From Octopus sinensis (lineage: Eukaryota): a stretch of 64,000 bases of DNA. The notes under the pieces were generated by a model. That model made no database searches. It was not told the DNA's origin and saw only the letters and a list, made by a program, of their open reading frames with translations. This document shows, piece by piece, positions 1 through 13,150 of this stretch (position 1 is the stretch's first letter; the number at the start of each line of letters is the position of its first letter). The stretch lies in contig NW_021832611.1 of the NCBI RefSeq assembly GCF_006345805.1, positions 310,001 to 374,000 on the forward strand, given 5' to 3'. The translations under genes and the position numbers were made by a program.

Positions 1-215
1 GAAACCATTGTAAACGAAATAATGTCGTACTTCCTAAGTACCGAGTGGTTTAAGGCAGACCACGCATAAGCCTGTGATTATTCATAAAAATACCTAAAAA
101 TGCTAGAATGTTACTAGAAAATCCGGGCGACTTAGACGACTTCTAAAAAATCGCAGTTTCAAGAAAAGTGTGGAGGTTTCTTAGAAAAAAGTCATCTGGA
201 AAGGCGTGTATAAGC
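1..215 (+). mobile_element. 3' remnant of RTE-like non-LTR retrotransposon ORF
   Basis: Translates KNARMLLENPGDLDDF*KIAVSRKVWRF, similar to KNAGLLLDADNLDSLRKITISRKSWR at about 7450; in-frame stop. Confidence 0.5.
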
Positions 216-349
216 CTCGATATTTAAACTTTTTTAATAAATTAATAACTAATTCAAATTGAATTATTTCAATTTTGTTTATAAAAGAAAGAAATTAATT
301 ATAAATTGTTTTTACAAACGTTTTTGTGTTGTTTAGTCTAACAAATTTT

Positions 350-1745
350 ATGGTTTCTCTGAGAAGAGCTTTTAATTTGTCTTTTTCTAAACACAATGAA
401 ATAATGAAATATCAAAAGTAACACCAATAAAATATACCTCAAGTTTGAGTTATAGAACCGGCATAATGTTGCTTAACATGGGAGGATGTGAGACGTTAGA
501 AGGAATTAGCGACTATCTGACCAATATATTTACTGATCCAGATATTATTCAACTTCCATTCAGCAGGCAGTCTTTAATATTTATACCGTCTAATAGCGTA
601 ACTGGAAGACTAATTGCGATCAGAAGAGCTCCCAAAGTGGCTGAATACTATAAGGCAATTGGCGGAGGCAGTCCTATAAGAAAAATAAGCGAAGAACAAG
701 CAAAAATGATCACAAAATACTTAAATAAAAATTATCCGTCACTCGGTATAAGTTTTTATTAATTTACTTAGGGCCATTTAAATCCTATGTTGGGTTTAGG
801 TACTCACCCCCGATGATTGATGAAGCGTACGAGGCTATGGAAAAGGATGGGATTAAGCGAGCAGTGGCCCTTTCCCTATACCCACAGTACAGCTGTACCA
901 CTACGGGGAGTTCCTTGAATTATTTGGCTCAAATCGCTTTAAAGAAAAGATCATCAATAATGTGGAGTATAATTGATAGATGGCCTACTCAAGATTTTTT
1001 TATAAATGTACTTTAAACATTTTGTTAATTTACAGTTTTTGGTCGACAAATTGAGAGATTTGATAATGGATTTTGAAAGTTATGATGATAAACCACCCGT
1101 GATTTTATTCACTGCTCATTCTATACCTTTTAAAGTGAATTATTTTTTATCAATGATAAGGTTTTTGATAAAGGTGATCACTATGTAAGGGAAGTCTTTG
1201 CAACGAGTTATCAAGTCATGAAAAAACTAAATTTAGACTTGCCGTATTGTGTTTCCTGGCAATCACGGGTAGTTTTTGATTATGTTTTAACTTTTAGGTT
1301 GGTCCTATACAGTGGATGGTACCCAGTGTTGATAAAACGCTTACTGGTTTGGCTAAGAATGGCTATCAGAATATCATTTTAGCCCCAATTGTGTTTACTG
1401 CCGATTGCAGCGAGACTTTGTATGAATTGGACATTCTTTATAGAAATTTAGCCACAAAAGTTGTTTTGGATAATTTTAATAATTTTAAGATCGGGATAAA
1501 AAGATTAGTCAGGCTTCCAGTGCCTAATCTTGATCCTGACTTTCTTTATGTTTTTTCACTTATATTAGTTTTAGGGATTAGCCAGGCTGACTGGAGAACA
1601 CATTATCCAACGAGGAGAAGTATCGAATCAATGGAAAATGAGATGTCCTGAGTGTAGAAGCAGTCGTTGTATAAAAGCACGAACTTTTTTCTGTAATAAT
1701 TATATCAAGCATCAAGAGTATTTAACTCAAAATATTCTAAAATAA
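350..1745 (+). CDS. FECH: Ferrochelatase, mitochondrial type, 8 micro-introns (25-30 nt)
   Basis: Spliced product MVSLRRAFNLSFSK (presequence-like)...TGIMLLNMGG...IGGGSPI...YPQYSCTTTGSSLN...WSIIDRWPT...FTAHSIP...WQSRVGP...ETLYELDI...RCPECRSSRC (C-x2-C-x4-C 2Fe-2S ligands). First intron 418-443; all introns GT-AG. Confidence 0.95.
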
Positions 1746-2139
1746 AAACATGTTTTATTAAAATCAACCTTCTTTAGGCTCACATTTTGTGTAAAATCTA
1801 ATTGTTTAAATATCCTTAATCTATTAAGAATTAATTAAGCCTATTTATCAATAAACTGGCATTTGAATGTGTCCTAATTGTGATTTCAATTATTTTTAAT
1901 AAAAATTATATAAATTTAGTGTCTTATTAAAGACAGTTTTTATAATTTTTCTTTTAATAAATCAACAGTGCTTTCCGATTCGTTTTGAGTTCGCACCCGC
2001 AAAAATTTTTAAAACCAACTTGCACCTCTATTTTTAAATCTAAAAGAGAATATTATTTAAAAAATTAGTTAGATTTCTTTAGATTTTTCTTGCCTTTTTA
2101 AATTAGTCTTAATTAATTCTTAGAAATGCGGCTTTTTGT

Positions 2140-2755
2140 TTGCTAATGCAATTCTGGTATCTTTTTCAAGGCTAAGAGAGTTTCTGTTCTTATTTTTTTA
2201 TATATAGTAGAGATGAGAATCCATATTCACATAGCTAAGTTGTTGTAAATAGTATCAGAACTTCCAGTGCTTTCTTTGCAAATTTCGTAAACCATACTTG
2301 CAAACAGCACCAAAAAACATTATATATTTTTATCAAAAGTTAGGTCGGAATCAATATCAACTGGATCCATTGTTGGAAAATTGGCAAAATTATTGTCTTG
2401 AACATGGCGAGTCCACAACCATAGTATCGGCTTCTTCAATTTTTCAAATTCATATGCTAATTGGAATACTGCTAAAAGTAGAGGTTTGTCAATGAGGGTA
2501 AATCCATGCTTCAGAACCGTTTCTTTAATATCGTATCGGACCCTTTTAGCTTTCAAACATTTGAAATCATTTCCTAAACTTTTATTCTTCCTTGCATAGA
2601 CATAAAATGTTTGTTTAGCTCTGATGGTTTCAAATTAGCATTCAAAAAAAATTGCATCACAAAGTATGCATCGGGGTTCCATCATTTCATTATTATCTTC
2701 GTAAAACCATAATTAACATAGTCTTCTTTCCACTTTCAAATTTTAACACACGTAG
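2140..2755 (-). mobile_element. Degenerate hAT (Buster/ZBED5-like) transposase 5' fragment
   Basis: KEDYVNYGF..EPRCILCDAIFLNANLKPSELNKHF..KPLLLA..FQLAYEFEKLKKP resembles the BED finger and N-terminus of Buster-type transposases; frameshifted. Confidence 0.65.
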
Positions 2756-3356
2756 GCATAAATAACAAGAGTTTTTAATAATATATTTAAGAAATATATT
2801 AAATTTTTAAAATCATTCTTGGCACCCCTAATCGGGAAACACAGTTCTTGAGCTATAAAGCGGGAGTGTCTGAATGTTAAGTATATTACAAAAATAGGTC
2901 AGCCTTTAGAGAACACAGACAAAAAAAATTTGATACAGATAATTGGATTATTTTCAATTGAGATGAGAAAGTTTTTGTCCAAAAAAAATTTCTGAAATAA
3001 TATAAACACAACTTGAACCCTTAGTATCACACAAATGACTTTTAGTTACTTAGATGTCATTTTCGAATCGCAAAAACTATTTTTTCAAAAATAAATTTTC
3101 TTGTAAAATCTGCTTATTTACAGTTTATAATATTTTATCAAAAGTAGAAAAACGTCTAAAATAAAAAACTCCTGAAACTAAATTGGAAAGTAAAGAATCA
3201 ATCTGATTGGTTAATTTCGTGTTTTTATATTGTAGTTCTAATTTTTCTTATTTTTTAATACTGCTGTAATATAGAGATATGGAAAAATTATAATTTGAAT
3301 TTTGGTAAACACTATTATTTGAAAAACTTTAATAAAACCAAATTATAAAATCTAAA

Positions 3357-6204
3357 TTAAACATGTTCCTGATTATTCCAAAGTGTATAGTATCGTCCAC
3401 ATCTTAAAAGTAATTCTTTATGTCTATAGATAGTAACACATTTTAAAATGCTTACGTTCCACGCTCGACGATATTGCCCTTATCGAGCACAATAATTTCG
3501 TCTGCGTGCTCGATGGTTGTCAGTCTGTGTGCTATTATTAGTTGAGTTGAATTTTTATAAAATTTCTTTAGATTTGAAAATATTTTCTTTTCAGTAATAT
3601 TGTCCAATGACGAAGATGCCTTAAATTATAAAAAAAGGCCAACTTCGTCGAAAATTATTATTTTCCCTTTCTTAAGAAGAGATCGAGCAATTGTCATTCT
3701 TTGCTTCTCACCACCGCTTATTTTCAGTCCTCGTTCGCCCACAACTGTTTCATATCCTATCGAAATAGTTCATTTGATTTTAGATTAACTTTGAACTAAA
3801 TTTTCAATAAAGTTGTGAATTTCTGCTAATTGGCATGCATATTTTATTTCATTATCGGAACTACTTGGATCGCCATATCGGACATTGTATCTATTTTATA
3901 AAAATTAACCTAATAAATTTTAGACTGAATTGTGTCATTAAATAATGATGATTCTTGACTCACGGTGTTAATACATCTCCTAAGACTACTCAACGTAACC
4001 TAATAATTTAATAGAATCCGATAACCTGGGAAATGTCTTTTCCGTCAATCAATATTTTCCCCGAATCATGTTTAAAGAAACGTAAGAGTAAACGGACAAT
4101 TGTTGATTTACCAGATCCAGTTTCTCCAACCTAAAAGATCGGTAATCATAAAACAATACCAATGCCACAACTCGATTTGGAGATAACGTTAAATTGATTC
4201 GATATAGAGATCCAGATTGCCTAAAGTTCATGATTTTCAAATAAAAATATGTAACAAATAATAAAGTCTAACTGATTTTCATGTGAGTATGAGACGTCTT
4301 TAAATTCCACCACTCCTTGATTGACAATCAAATCACAAAAAGATTCTGATGTTTCTTCGGGTTCAAGTTTCATCAGATCAACAACTTTTTCCATATCCAC
4401 TATTGCTTGAATAATCATCCTTACAAATATAAAATTCAACATATTTTAAAACCTGTATATAGTTCCTAAAAAATTCAATGGTGCTTGAATTTGTTGAAAC
4501 AATGTGATTAAAAGTACAAAATCTCCCACAGTATATTTGGATTTAATTGTCGAGATTTTATATGCGATAACTAATAAACTGGCGACTGTTCCCAATATAA
4601 AAATTCCTGCCTGTGTGATATTCAATATAGCCAGACTAATCAAAACTTTCCATTCCCATTTCTAGAAATAAAAGTATGTAAATTATCCTGGTATAAAAAA
4701 ATAACTTTTTCATATTGCTCAGCTTCGTAGTCCTCATTAGACATACTTTTTACCTACAATTATTTTATTAATTAAAAACAGTTTCAAAATTCATAAGAAC
4801 GTCAACGGCTTTGCCATTCTGATCATTTGACTTGTTGTTCATTTCTCGTCGATATTTGATGCGGATTTTAGAGATTGCAACAGTGGCCACTTTTAGTAAT
4901 CAAATACACAAACCAATGTATATTGCGACTGTTAACAAAATTATGATCCCAAACACCCATTCAAACGTGATAGAGAGGTAGATGATAGCGATAATAGTAT
5001 CGGCGATTGTGGGGACAATGCTGAAAAAGAGGTAACTGAAATTTTTTATTTAAATAATTTTACTCCAAGACGGTATTCATACTTTCCTTTCCTCTGTCAA
5101 TAATTCTCAAAATCTCGCCAGTTTTTTTCTTCAAATGCCACTCGAATGGTAGACTAAATAATAATTACTTTATTACCTTAATAGATGTCGGTATAGTTTG
5201 ACCATCAATTTTTTGGACATATTTTGCTGTACAGGAATCCATAAAAAAGATTTTAGACAAGAAAGGAATCCAATTCGTCCAGAAATAAATATCATCAGCC
5301 CATATAGTATAATTTCTTTCCACGGAAATCCATTAAATCTGTCTATGGTCGAATTTGATAATATATTCACTAGAAACTTTATTTTTAGTAATTTACCAAT
5401 TTTTTTGGTATAAATTGGAACTAGTATATTAATCCCGCGACCAGCCATTAAAATTGAGAAAGATAAAATAATGTTAAATTTAAGCATATATTTCTTTTTT
5501 GGCCACATGTAATCCCATATCAATTTTATATGCCAAAACGGGTCTTTGGTTCTACTCTCTCTAACAAGTGGAACTTGATCTTCCTGACACGGATTAACAA
5601 TTTTTTCATTTTTATTTTCGACATAAAAGTAATAATTATGATGCATTGTATAAGTAATTCACCCAATCTATAAAATAATTTTAATTATTTGTATTACCTT
5701 AGATAAAATAAACTTGGTTGTTCTATCATCAGTGCAAAGCTGCATGTTAGTGGAATGCTGGAAAGTAGCATTAGCTGAAGATTATCACTGAAATATCTAT
5801 AATTTGATAGAGTAATAAAAAATGATAAGGGATATCAATTGTATTATAAACCTATTAGTTCTTGTCATGATTAGAATTATGCTTATTGATACAATATACA
5901 GTATAGACTTAATTAGTTGAGACAGCGTGATTCTTTGAAAATACAAAAATGATATGGTTATCTCCGAAATTACAAAAATAATCCAAATAGAATAAACTAT
6001 GTAAATTCTTATTTTCTTGAATCTAAAAATAAAAAGAAAATGGCATGACCTAAAGAATAATTCTTCCTCTTTGTTGTATTTTTTATAATAAATTGAGAAT
6101 ATTGTTATTGACAACAAGTATAAAGATGGCCCTACAATATTGCAGAGCATCGAATAAATATTTTGAATGTCGTTCACAAATTTCATTTCTAATCGGGAAA
6201 TCAT
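3357..6204 (-). CDS. ABCB6: ABCB6/HMT-1-type ABC half transporter with N-terminal TMD0, about 17 introns
   Basis: [34 protein letters not shown], Walker [10 protein letters not shown], signature [45 protein letters not shown]; stop at 3357-3359. One probable homopolymer frameshift near 5615. Confidence 0.9.
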
Positions 6205-6759
6205 TCCAAATCACCGATAACAGAATATAAAATGTATTATTTTTTTGATTTAAATTTTATTTAGAATTTATCATCTAATAAATTAAAAACACTTTTAGTT
6301 AAATTAAATTTTTGTTAATTATTAAATTAAGTTTTTAATAATAATGATAAGTGATAATATAATATTTTTTCGTGTATATTTTTAATTTATCAAGTATTTT
6401 AATGGTCTTTATCTTTAAATCAACATGTTCCTACAATATATGCAGCCAGCTGACATTATAAATTATCTTCAAATAGAAAATAAAAATTAAGGTTATTCCC
6501 AATTATGATAATTCGATTCTCAATTTAGAAATCAATGAAAATACTTTTAAAAAATATGTTAAAGTTATTCCAGAAATTTGTTCAATATTTCACATTGGTG
6601 GCAAGTTACGAATTGGCAGGCTGTTACGTTCTTGACCTTGAAAATGTTTTTAAATATACTACATTTGATTTTATATTCCAATTTTTATCGTGATTTTATC
6701 CTATTAGATTAGTTTTTTATTTAGAAATGTTATGATTATAAAGATTGTATTTTTTATTC

Positions 6760-7297
6760 GGCAAACCGTAATATCCAGCGGCTGGGTTATATAACGCATT
6801 TATCCGACCAGTCCTCATGTACAACCCAGGCACTTGGGGAACGTCTAAGAAAGACATGGAACAACTTGATCCTTTTCACAGAGACCAACTAAGAAAACTC
6901 TTCGGTTATTCTTGGCAAAAGAAAATTTCGAACAGAAAATTATACAGGCTGACTGGATGTGTACCAATAAGTCTGGATGTTATTGAAGCTCGTTGGCGCC
7001 TTTTTGGTCATATTTTACGGATGAATGAAGAAACACCTTGCAATGCAACCATGGAAGAATTTTTCTGCAATAATAAATATCCGTCTTATAGAGGACGTCA
7101 AAGAGGATATCTTCCCAAGACACTTGCGAAGATATGCTTTCACCGGGGTCGATTGAAGGACGCTGACGATCTAGACAAAATCAGAAGACGACCAAGGGAA
7201 CAAAATGAATAAAAAAGACTAATGACGAAAATAGTTAAGAACATGGCACAAGAGAAACCATAAACACTGTTTATTGGTAACGCGAACGTGCATTAAC
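6760..7297 (+). mobile_element. 5'-truncated RTE-like LINE (post-RT domain) with (TAAC)n tail
   Basis: YNAFIRPVLMYNPGTW...RWRLFGHILRM...YRGRQR; ends cattaactaactaa. Confidence 0.8.
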
Positions 7298-7299
7298 TA

Positions 7300-7575
7300 A
7301 CTAAGATTCGATAAGAACTCTCCGGCCACATACTACGAATGGATCCCTTGTTCCAGCTAATAACATTATAGAAACATACTTTTAATGCTCTGAGCCTATT
7401 CATGGCAAGCCACGGACGACAATACTACTGATCATAAACAGTGTTCTAAAGAATGCTGGATTGCTCCTAGATGCAGACAATCTAGACAGCCTTCGAAAAA
7501 TCACAATCTCAAGAAAGTCGTGGAGGTGTCGAACAGACAAAATTGTCCAGGTTATGGCACAAGCTTCGAGAGGAT
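7300..7575 (+). mobile_element. Second RTE-like 3' fragment
   Basis: GHILRMDP...HGKPRTT...KNAGLLL...KSWR, frameshifted. Confidence 0.6.
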
Positions 7576-7599
7576 TATGAATTTTTTATTGTCGCGGAT

Positions 7600-8040
7600 C
7601 TGCTAATAATAATTAGCTTGAAAGATTATTTTGTTCCAATGGCTTTTTACAAGGATTTTGTAAAGACTGCTAAAACTTAAGATTTTGTTTCGCCTAAATG
7701 AACCATGCAAATTTCTTCAATCAGACAATAAGTTTGAATTGAAAATCAACAATAATCAACACAACTATGCGCTGATTTCAACATCAAACAAATCCACGGA
7801 AGGGAAATAATCCTCATGCTCAAGGAATTGTCGGAAGATTTAATCAAAAGATAACCAGAAAGTTGTCAAAAATGATTACAACAGTAAAAAAGTGGGTTGA
7901 TAAATTAAAAAATACTCTGTACAGTTGTAACATATCAGTTCATTGATCTTCCGACGAAAATTCTTTTGAAGGATATCGAGGAATAAAGAAAATAAATTCA
8001 TTAATCCATGGTTATACACATATCACATTATGTCTTAGAT
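7600..8040 (+). mobile_element. Degenerate retroviral-type integrase core (Ginger/Gypsy-like), interrupted by hAT
   Basis: PCKFLQSDN...FNIKQIHGR..NPHAQGIVGRFNQKITRKLSKM..KWVDKLKNTLYSCNISVH matches the rve pattern QSDNG..HGRP.HPQSQG.VERFN. Confidence 0.6.
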
Positions 8041-11000
8041 CAGGGTTTCTCAATTTTTAACGTCGGGGCCAAATCGATAATTAACCATTGTCTTCGGGGC
8101 CGCAGAATAAAAATTAAATTAAAACTTTCATTAACTTTTAACTAATTTTTTTTTAGATTCATTTTTATTCAGAAACCGAGATAGTTAGTCTTAATTAATA
8201 AAGGGAAATGACTAAAACAAAAATTGTTAACTAAAACGAAAAATTGTTAGCTATTTTTAACTAATTGTTAACTAATTTGTCATAACACGGAATATAGGAG
8301 GCACATGTAGATCGCAAAAGCTGGCATAAGTGATTATCAGTCAATTTATTTCGATATTTATTTTTATGTGAATATTTTACTGAAAATGACTCACATAAAT
8401 AAGTGGATCCGAACATTGAAGCATATTTATAAGCATTTATGAGTATATTCGGATATTTTCTTTGGGAAGTGAACTATAAAAAATTCCATTAAATTTTCAA
8501 TCTTTTGCACTGAGGTAAATTGCACATCTGATTGAAGGTCTATCAATTCTAATTGGAGTGATGGCGGAGCATTCTTAGGATCTATATTGAATGGTGCTGC
8601 AAAAAATTTTCATTGATGGCAAAATTTCATCAAAATTCTTAAAATAAACTAAATTTTAATAAACCTTAGAACGTTTTTCAAATTCAACAATAAGGTGACT
8701 GATAATGGTAGTATATTTTTCAAATGAACCGTTAGTTTTATTTTCACTCAAACAAGTAAAATGAATTGTATCTTTGAGCATTATTTGATCCCTCCAAGTT
8801 TTAATTTTGATATAAAAGAAGCAATAGATCCATAGAGTGATGGCAAAAATTTATATTTCCCCTGTAATTCACAATTTAACGACGATAAATGAGAGGTTAG
8901 ATTACCCCCAAAAGCTAAATCGCAATCCACTCTTTACTGCTCAACAAATCATGGTACAGTACGACCCCGGTTTGGGGCAGCATTTTTATCATAGTGCCCC
9001 AAAAAGCGGGGGTGCCCCAAAATGCGAGGGTAAAGATTTTTTTGCTTTTATTTTCTCCTCAATAGATTTTATTGCATTTTAGACTATAAATTAAAATTAT
9101 TTAATATTAATAAAAATTCTAACATAGTCCTTTCTTAATAAAATTAAAAATTTTAATAAATCCAACAAAAAATACTATTAAAAGTAATCAGTAATTTCTC
9201 ACCGAATTGGTTTTTTTTCAGTTCTCCTGATAGGTTTTTTCTAAATTCGTAGTAGATTTTCAAAAATTGTGGACATGTACTGAAAATATTATCTTCTAGA
9301 GAATTCACGATGTTTATGATTTCTTTAATTGATGATTTTTTAGATTCATATCCATCATAAGTAATTTTGTCCTCAATAATATCTGTCGAATCCATTGAAA
9401 TAACATCTGAAATCACGTCATCTATTAATTCTTCGTCCAACTGTACATTATCCGAAATTTTTGATCTGTTTTCATTTATTTTCTGCCAGCAATTAATTAT
9501 CGTTGTCTCTGACATCATTTTCCATGCCTCCCCGACAACTGTAATGACTTGTCTAAGATTGACATTATTCAAATTCAAATCAGAAAGCTGTTCTTTTTCG
9601 AATATAAGAGTAAAATCAATCAGTTTATTGAAATAGAGGGACTTGAAGGATTTTATTATTCCCATATCTAGGGGTTGAATTAAAGCGGTCGTATTTTTGG
9701 GAAGAAAAAGTAAATAAACATTGGAAATTTTTTAAACACCTAGGAGATTTGAATTTTCCAATTAATAGAGGTTTTAACTTTTCACCAAGTGCATTACAAC
9801 AAAGGAGAAGGGTAACTTTCTCTTTGCTCATTTTAATTCCATTGCATTTGTCATTAAATTGAACAAAAGATTTCGACGGCGTTCGCTTTATGTAAAGCTG
9901 TTTCATCACAGTTAAAATATTTTCACTTCCTACAGTTTCCAAACAGTTGTCATAATCAGCAAAAAAATTGGAAACCGTAGAAAGGTCAGATGAATTCTTT
10001 TCTCCACTTATAGTTTTAAATAGCAACTCGTGTCTTTTCTTGAACCGGTCTAGCCATCCATTTGATGCCTTAAATGATTCATAATTTATCTTTTTAGATA
10101 ATTTTTTTGCAATCAGTTTTAAGATAGTTCCAGAAATTGGAAGAAATTCATCTCTCAGACGTAGAAAAGTTTCAAAAACTAATCTATCTAATTCATTATT
10201 TGGATCATGTGATTCCTTGATTCTATCGGATTCAGTTAATCCCGCGTCAAAATAATAAACAAAATTTTGTTTAATGCGAGAAATAGTACCTGTAATTAAT
10301 AATTAGTTAAAAAAGATACCTTTGCTCGTTTTATACTTTTTAGCAAGATCTCTTTCTGAAAATTGACCATGTTTTATATCTTTAGCGATTTTAATTTTGT
10401 TTCATAATTAATCTTTGAATTCTTTTTACGAACCATACTAAAGTCAAAATAAACACGTGAAATAATAGTATTAATTAATAATTAATAAATAAACTAACAT
10501 TTTGTAATTAAATAAATTAAATAAGTGCCCCAAACCGGGGTCATCAAAAATAAATAATAGAATGAAAAATTTACTGTTTTCAAAAACTCTGCCCCTAAAA
10601 GCGGGGGTGCCCCAAAACCCGAGGGTGCCCCACCCATGGGGTCTGCCCCAAACCGGGGTCGTACTGTATTTGTGGTCTTTAACAAATTCTCTTATTTGAG
10701 GAGTAGTTCATAAAATCTAACTTCTATTCAAGCAAATATACCTTTTGAGGCACGCGGCACGACTCAACCATCGAACAGTGGTATGGTAAAGCACATCATT
10801 ATGCACTGTGTCAATTTCCACTAACATTTTTTTAAATCTCCTGTGATTGAGAGATTTACCGCGTATCCAATTCACAATTGACAACACCGTACTTATTACA
10901 TTTTGCATTTTAAGTGACTTTGCGATTATATTCTCCTGATGAATGATACAATGTTGCCAAAATATAGGATCAAGATTTTTTTCAAGTCTCCATTCTGAAT

Positions 11001-11966
11001 AAAGTCCATGAAACCCTTATTACGACCAATCATATTCGCCCCCCCATCAGTACATATGGAAATTATTTTGGAAGGATCAATGTCAAATTCTTTAATACTT
11101 TCAAGAATTCGTAAGTACATCCATTCCTTTTGTAGTGCCTTTTAATGAACGAAGAGAAAAAAATTCTTCAGAAATTTTAAAATCCGAAGTGACACCTCTA
11201 ATGCATACGACCATTTGTTCGGTATCAGAGATATCTTTACTCGTGTCGACAGCAAAAGAATGATATAAAAAATCTTTCGATGTTCTATAAAAATTATTTT
11301 TAATAGTAAAGAACTTGATTAGCTGACGGGCAAGGTCCTCAAAAATACATTCTATTCTTCTTGTAATAGTATCATTACTTAATGGTAATCGTTTTGCAAT
11401 ATTTTGTATTTTGACGGACAACATTCATCACAAAAAATGGAAATAGCAGTTTTAATAATTTTTCTCCGTCAGAATAAGGTTTCATATTTACAGCAAGAAG
11501 GTGGCTAATTTATAAGACGTTAATAACTGATGCTTATTTTCCACTGGTTTAAATATTGAGGACTGATTTTTAAATGACGTCTTTAATATATTGAGTTTTT
11601 TTTTTCCTTGACTCTCCGAGATAAAATTGTATATTTCGGAGTGCTTCTTATAATGACGTTCAATAGTATAATTTTTCAATGAATTAATGACACAGTTGCA
11701 TATCAAACAAACAGCTTTACCATTCAGTTCAACGAAAAAAAACTTTTCTTCCCATTCAATTGAAATTCTCTATTTTCTTGAGATAATGTTCGATCTTTCT
11801 TGATGGCATGAAAAAATACTCAACCTGAATAATAATTACAAACACGTGTAGTTAAAATATTATCTTTAATATATAATTTACAATTAATTTTATATCCAAA
11901 ATTTATTTTAAAGTTTGGAGTCGGGGCCGCAAAAAAGATTCTCGGGGCCGCACTTGAGAACCCCTG
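8041..11966 (-). mobile_element. hAT (Buster/SPIN/GTF2IRD2-like) transposon, full span, defective transposase
   Basis: TIRs CAGGGTTTCTCAA / CAGGGGTTCTCAA; perfect 8-bp TSD TCTTAGAT (8033-8040, 11967-11974) with the central TA typical of Buster targets. Motifs CLIC..IERHY, LPLSNDTITRRI, AVDTSKDISDTEQ, CTDGGANM, HTTVRWLSR; stops and frameshifts. Confidence 0.93.
8957..10666 (-). mobile_element. Tigger/pogo DNA transposon nested in the hAT
   Basis: Perfect 24-bp TIR CAGTACGACCCCGGTTTGGGGCAG; TA TSD (8955-56, 10667-68); CENP-B-type HTH (FKASNGWLDRFKKRH); frameshifted FNCDETAL; FLPKNTTALIQPLDMGII; internal deletion; 30-nt intron at 10290-10319. Confidence 0.93.
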
Positions 11967-12150
11967 TCTTAGATAATTTAAGTGATGAGTGTGTGACTTC
12001 GGAACAAATGGAGAATTTGGTTAATTATTCGACTTCAAAATCTATTGAAAATTCACGTAATTTAATTTAAAATTTATATTTAGATAATAACCAGTCAGAA
12101 AATTTGTTTCAAGTGCAAAGAGAATAAATTTTAAATAAAATCCAGAGTAT

Positions 12151-13020
12151 TTGAGACAAACAAAAGCACCCCCCCAAGGAGACGCTCTATTCCCGGTCTT
12201 ATTCTGGAGGCGACCCTACGAGATGCCAGGAATAATATCCCCAGTCATTTTCGCAGATATCATAGATCTCACGGCAACAGACCACCAATTAGAAGGTATT
12301 ATGGACAAATTGGCCAACACATTTGAAAAATCATTCCTAAAAATTAACACCGAGAAAACAGAATACACCATAGTGAGACGATGTGAACAACGACACGAGG
12401 AAAAATGGAGGCATACAAAGAAACTTGGCATGCTCTTAGGAGATAAAGAAGACATGATACGAAGAAAATCATTAGCAACTTTCGCGCTTAAAAGATTAAA
12501 CAACGTATGGTTGAAAGGTAAACAAATTTCTGCGTCTTTGAAAATCAAACTATACAATATGTTCGTAAAACCAGTCTTATTGTACAACTTCTCTTGGGCA
12601 CTCACAGTGCACGAAATGGAAAATATGAATTCCTTCCATAGAATGCAGCTGAAATACATCCTAAGAATCTTTTCGCCTAACTCCAATTACAATGTACATC
12701 CTTTGGACGAAGAAATAAGAAGTAATAGATTGGCCTTATTCGATAACATTTTAAGAATGGACAGGAAAACTCCCGCAAATCTCGCAATGGAGCACCACTA
12801 CGCTCCTCATCCGGTAACGACCACGAATTACTCTAGCAACCCTTCTGCATCAAGACCTAACTCTGATTGGAAAAAGGTTGAAATCAGCAGACGATCTCAA
12901 GTACCTGAGGGAACTATCGAGGAACTATGGAAATATGGAGGGACTTGGAAGCGATTAACAAAACGCATCCAGGAGAGGGTGGCACAAGCGAGATAACTTT
13001 ACTAACGTTACTTTGCGGTG
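12151..13020 (+). mobile_element. RTE-like LINE fragment (RT C-terminal half)
   Basis: QGDALFPVLF, FADIIDL, LKINTEKTE, KIKLYNMFVKPVLLYN, LALFDNILRMD. Confidence 0.8.
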
Positions 13021-13150
13021 TGCTTATTATTAATAATTAAAAATTCATGTAGCTCGATTTAAAATCTCTATAATTCCTGGCTAGATAATTTTTTTGAATA
13101 CTAATCGATTTAATTTAGAAATCAACCCAATTGATGAAAATTCAAGTTAA

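Noticed and set aside
350-445. Ferrochelatase lacking a mitochondrial presequence
   Set aside because: An in-frame ATG at 350 adds MVSLRRAFNLSFSK..., an Arg/Ser-rich presequence-like leader.
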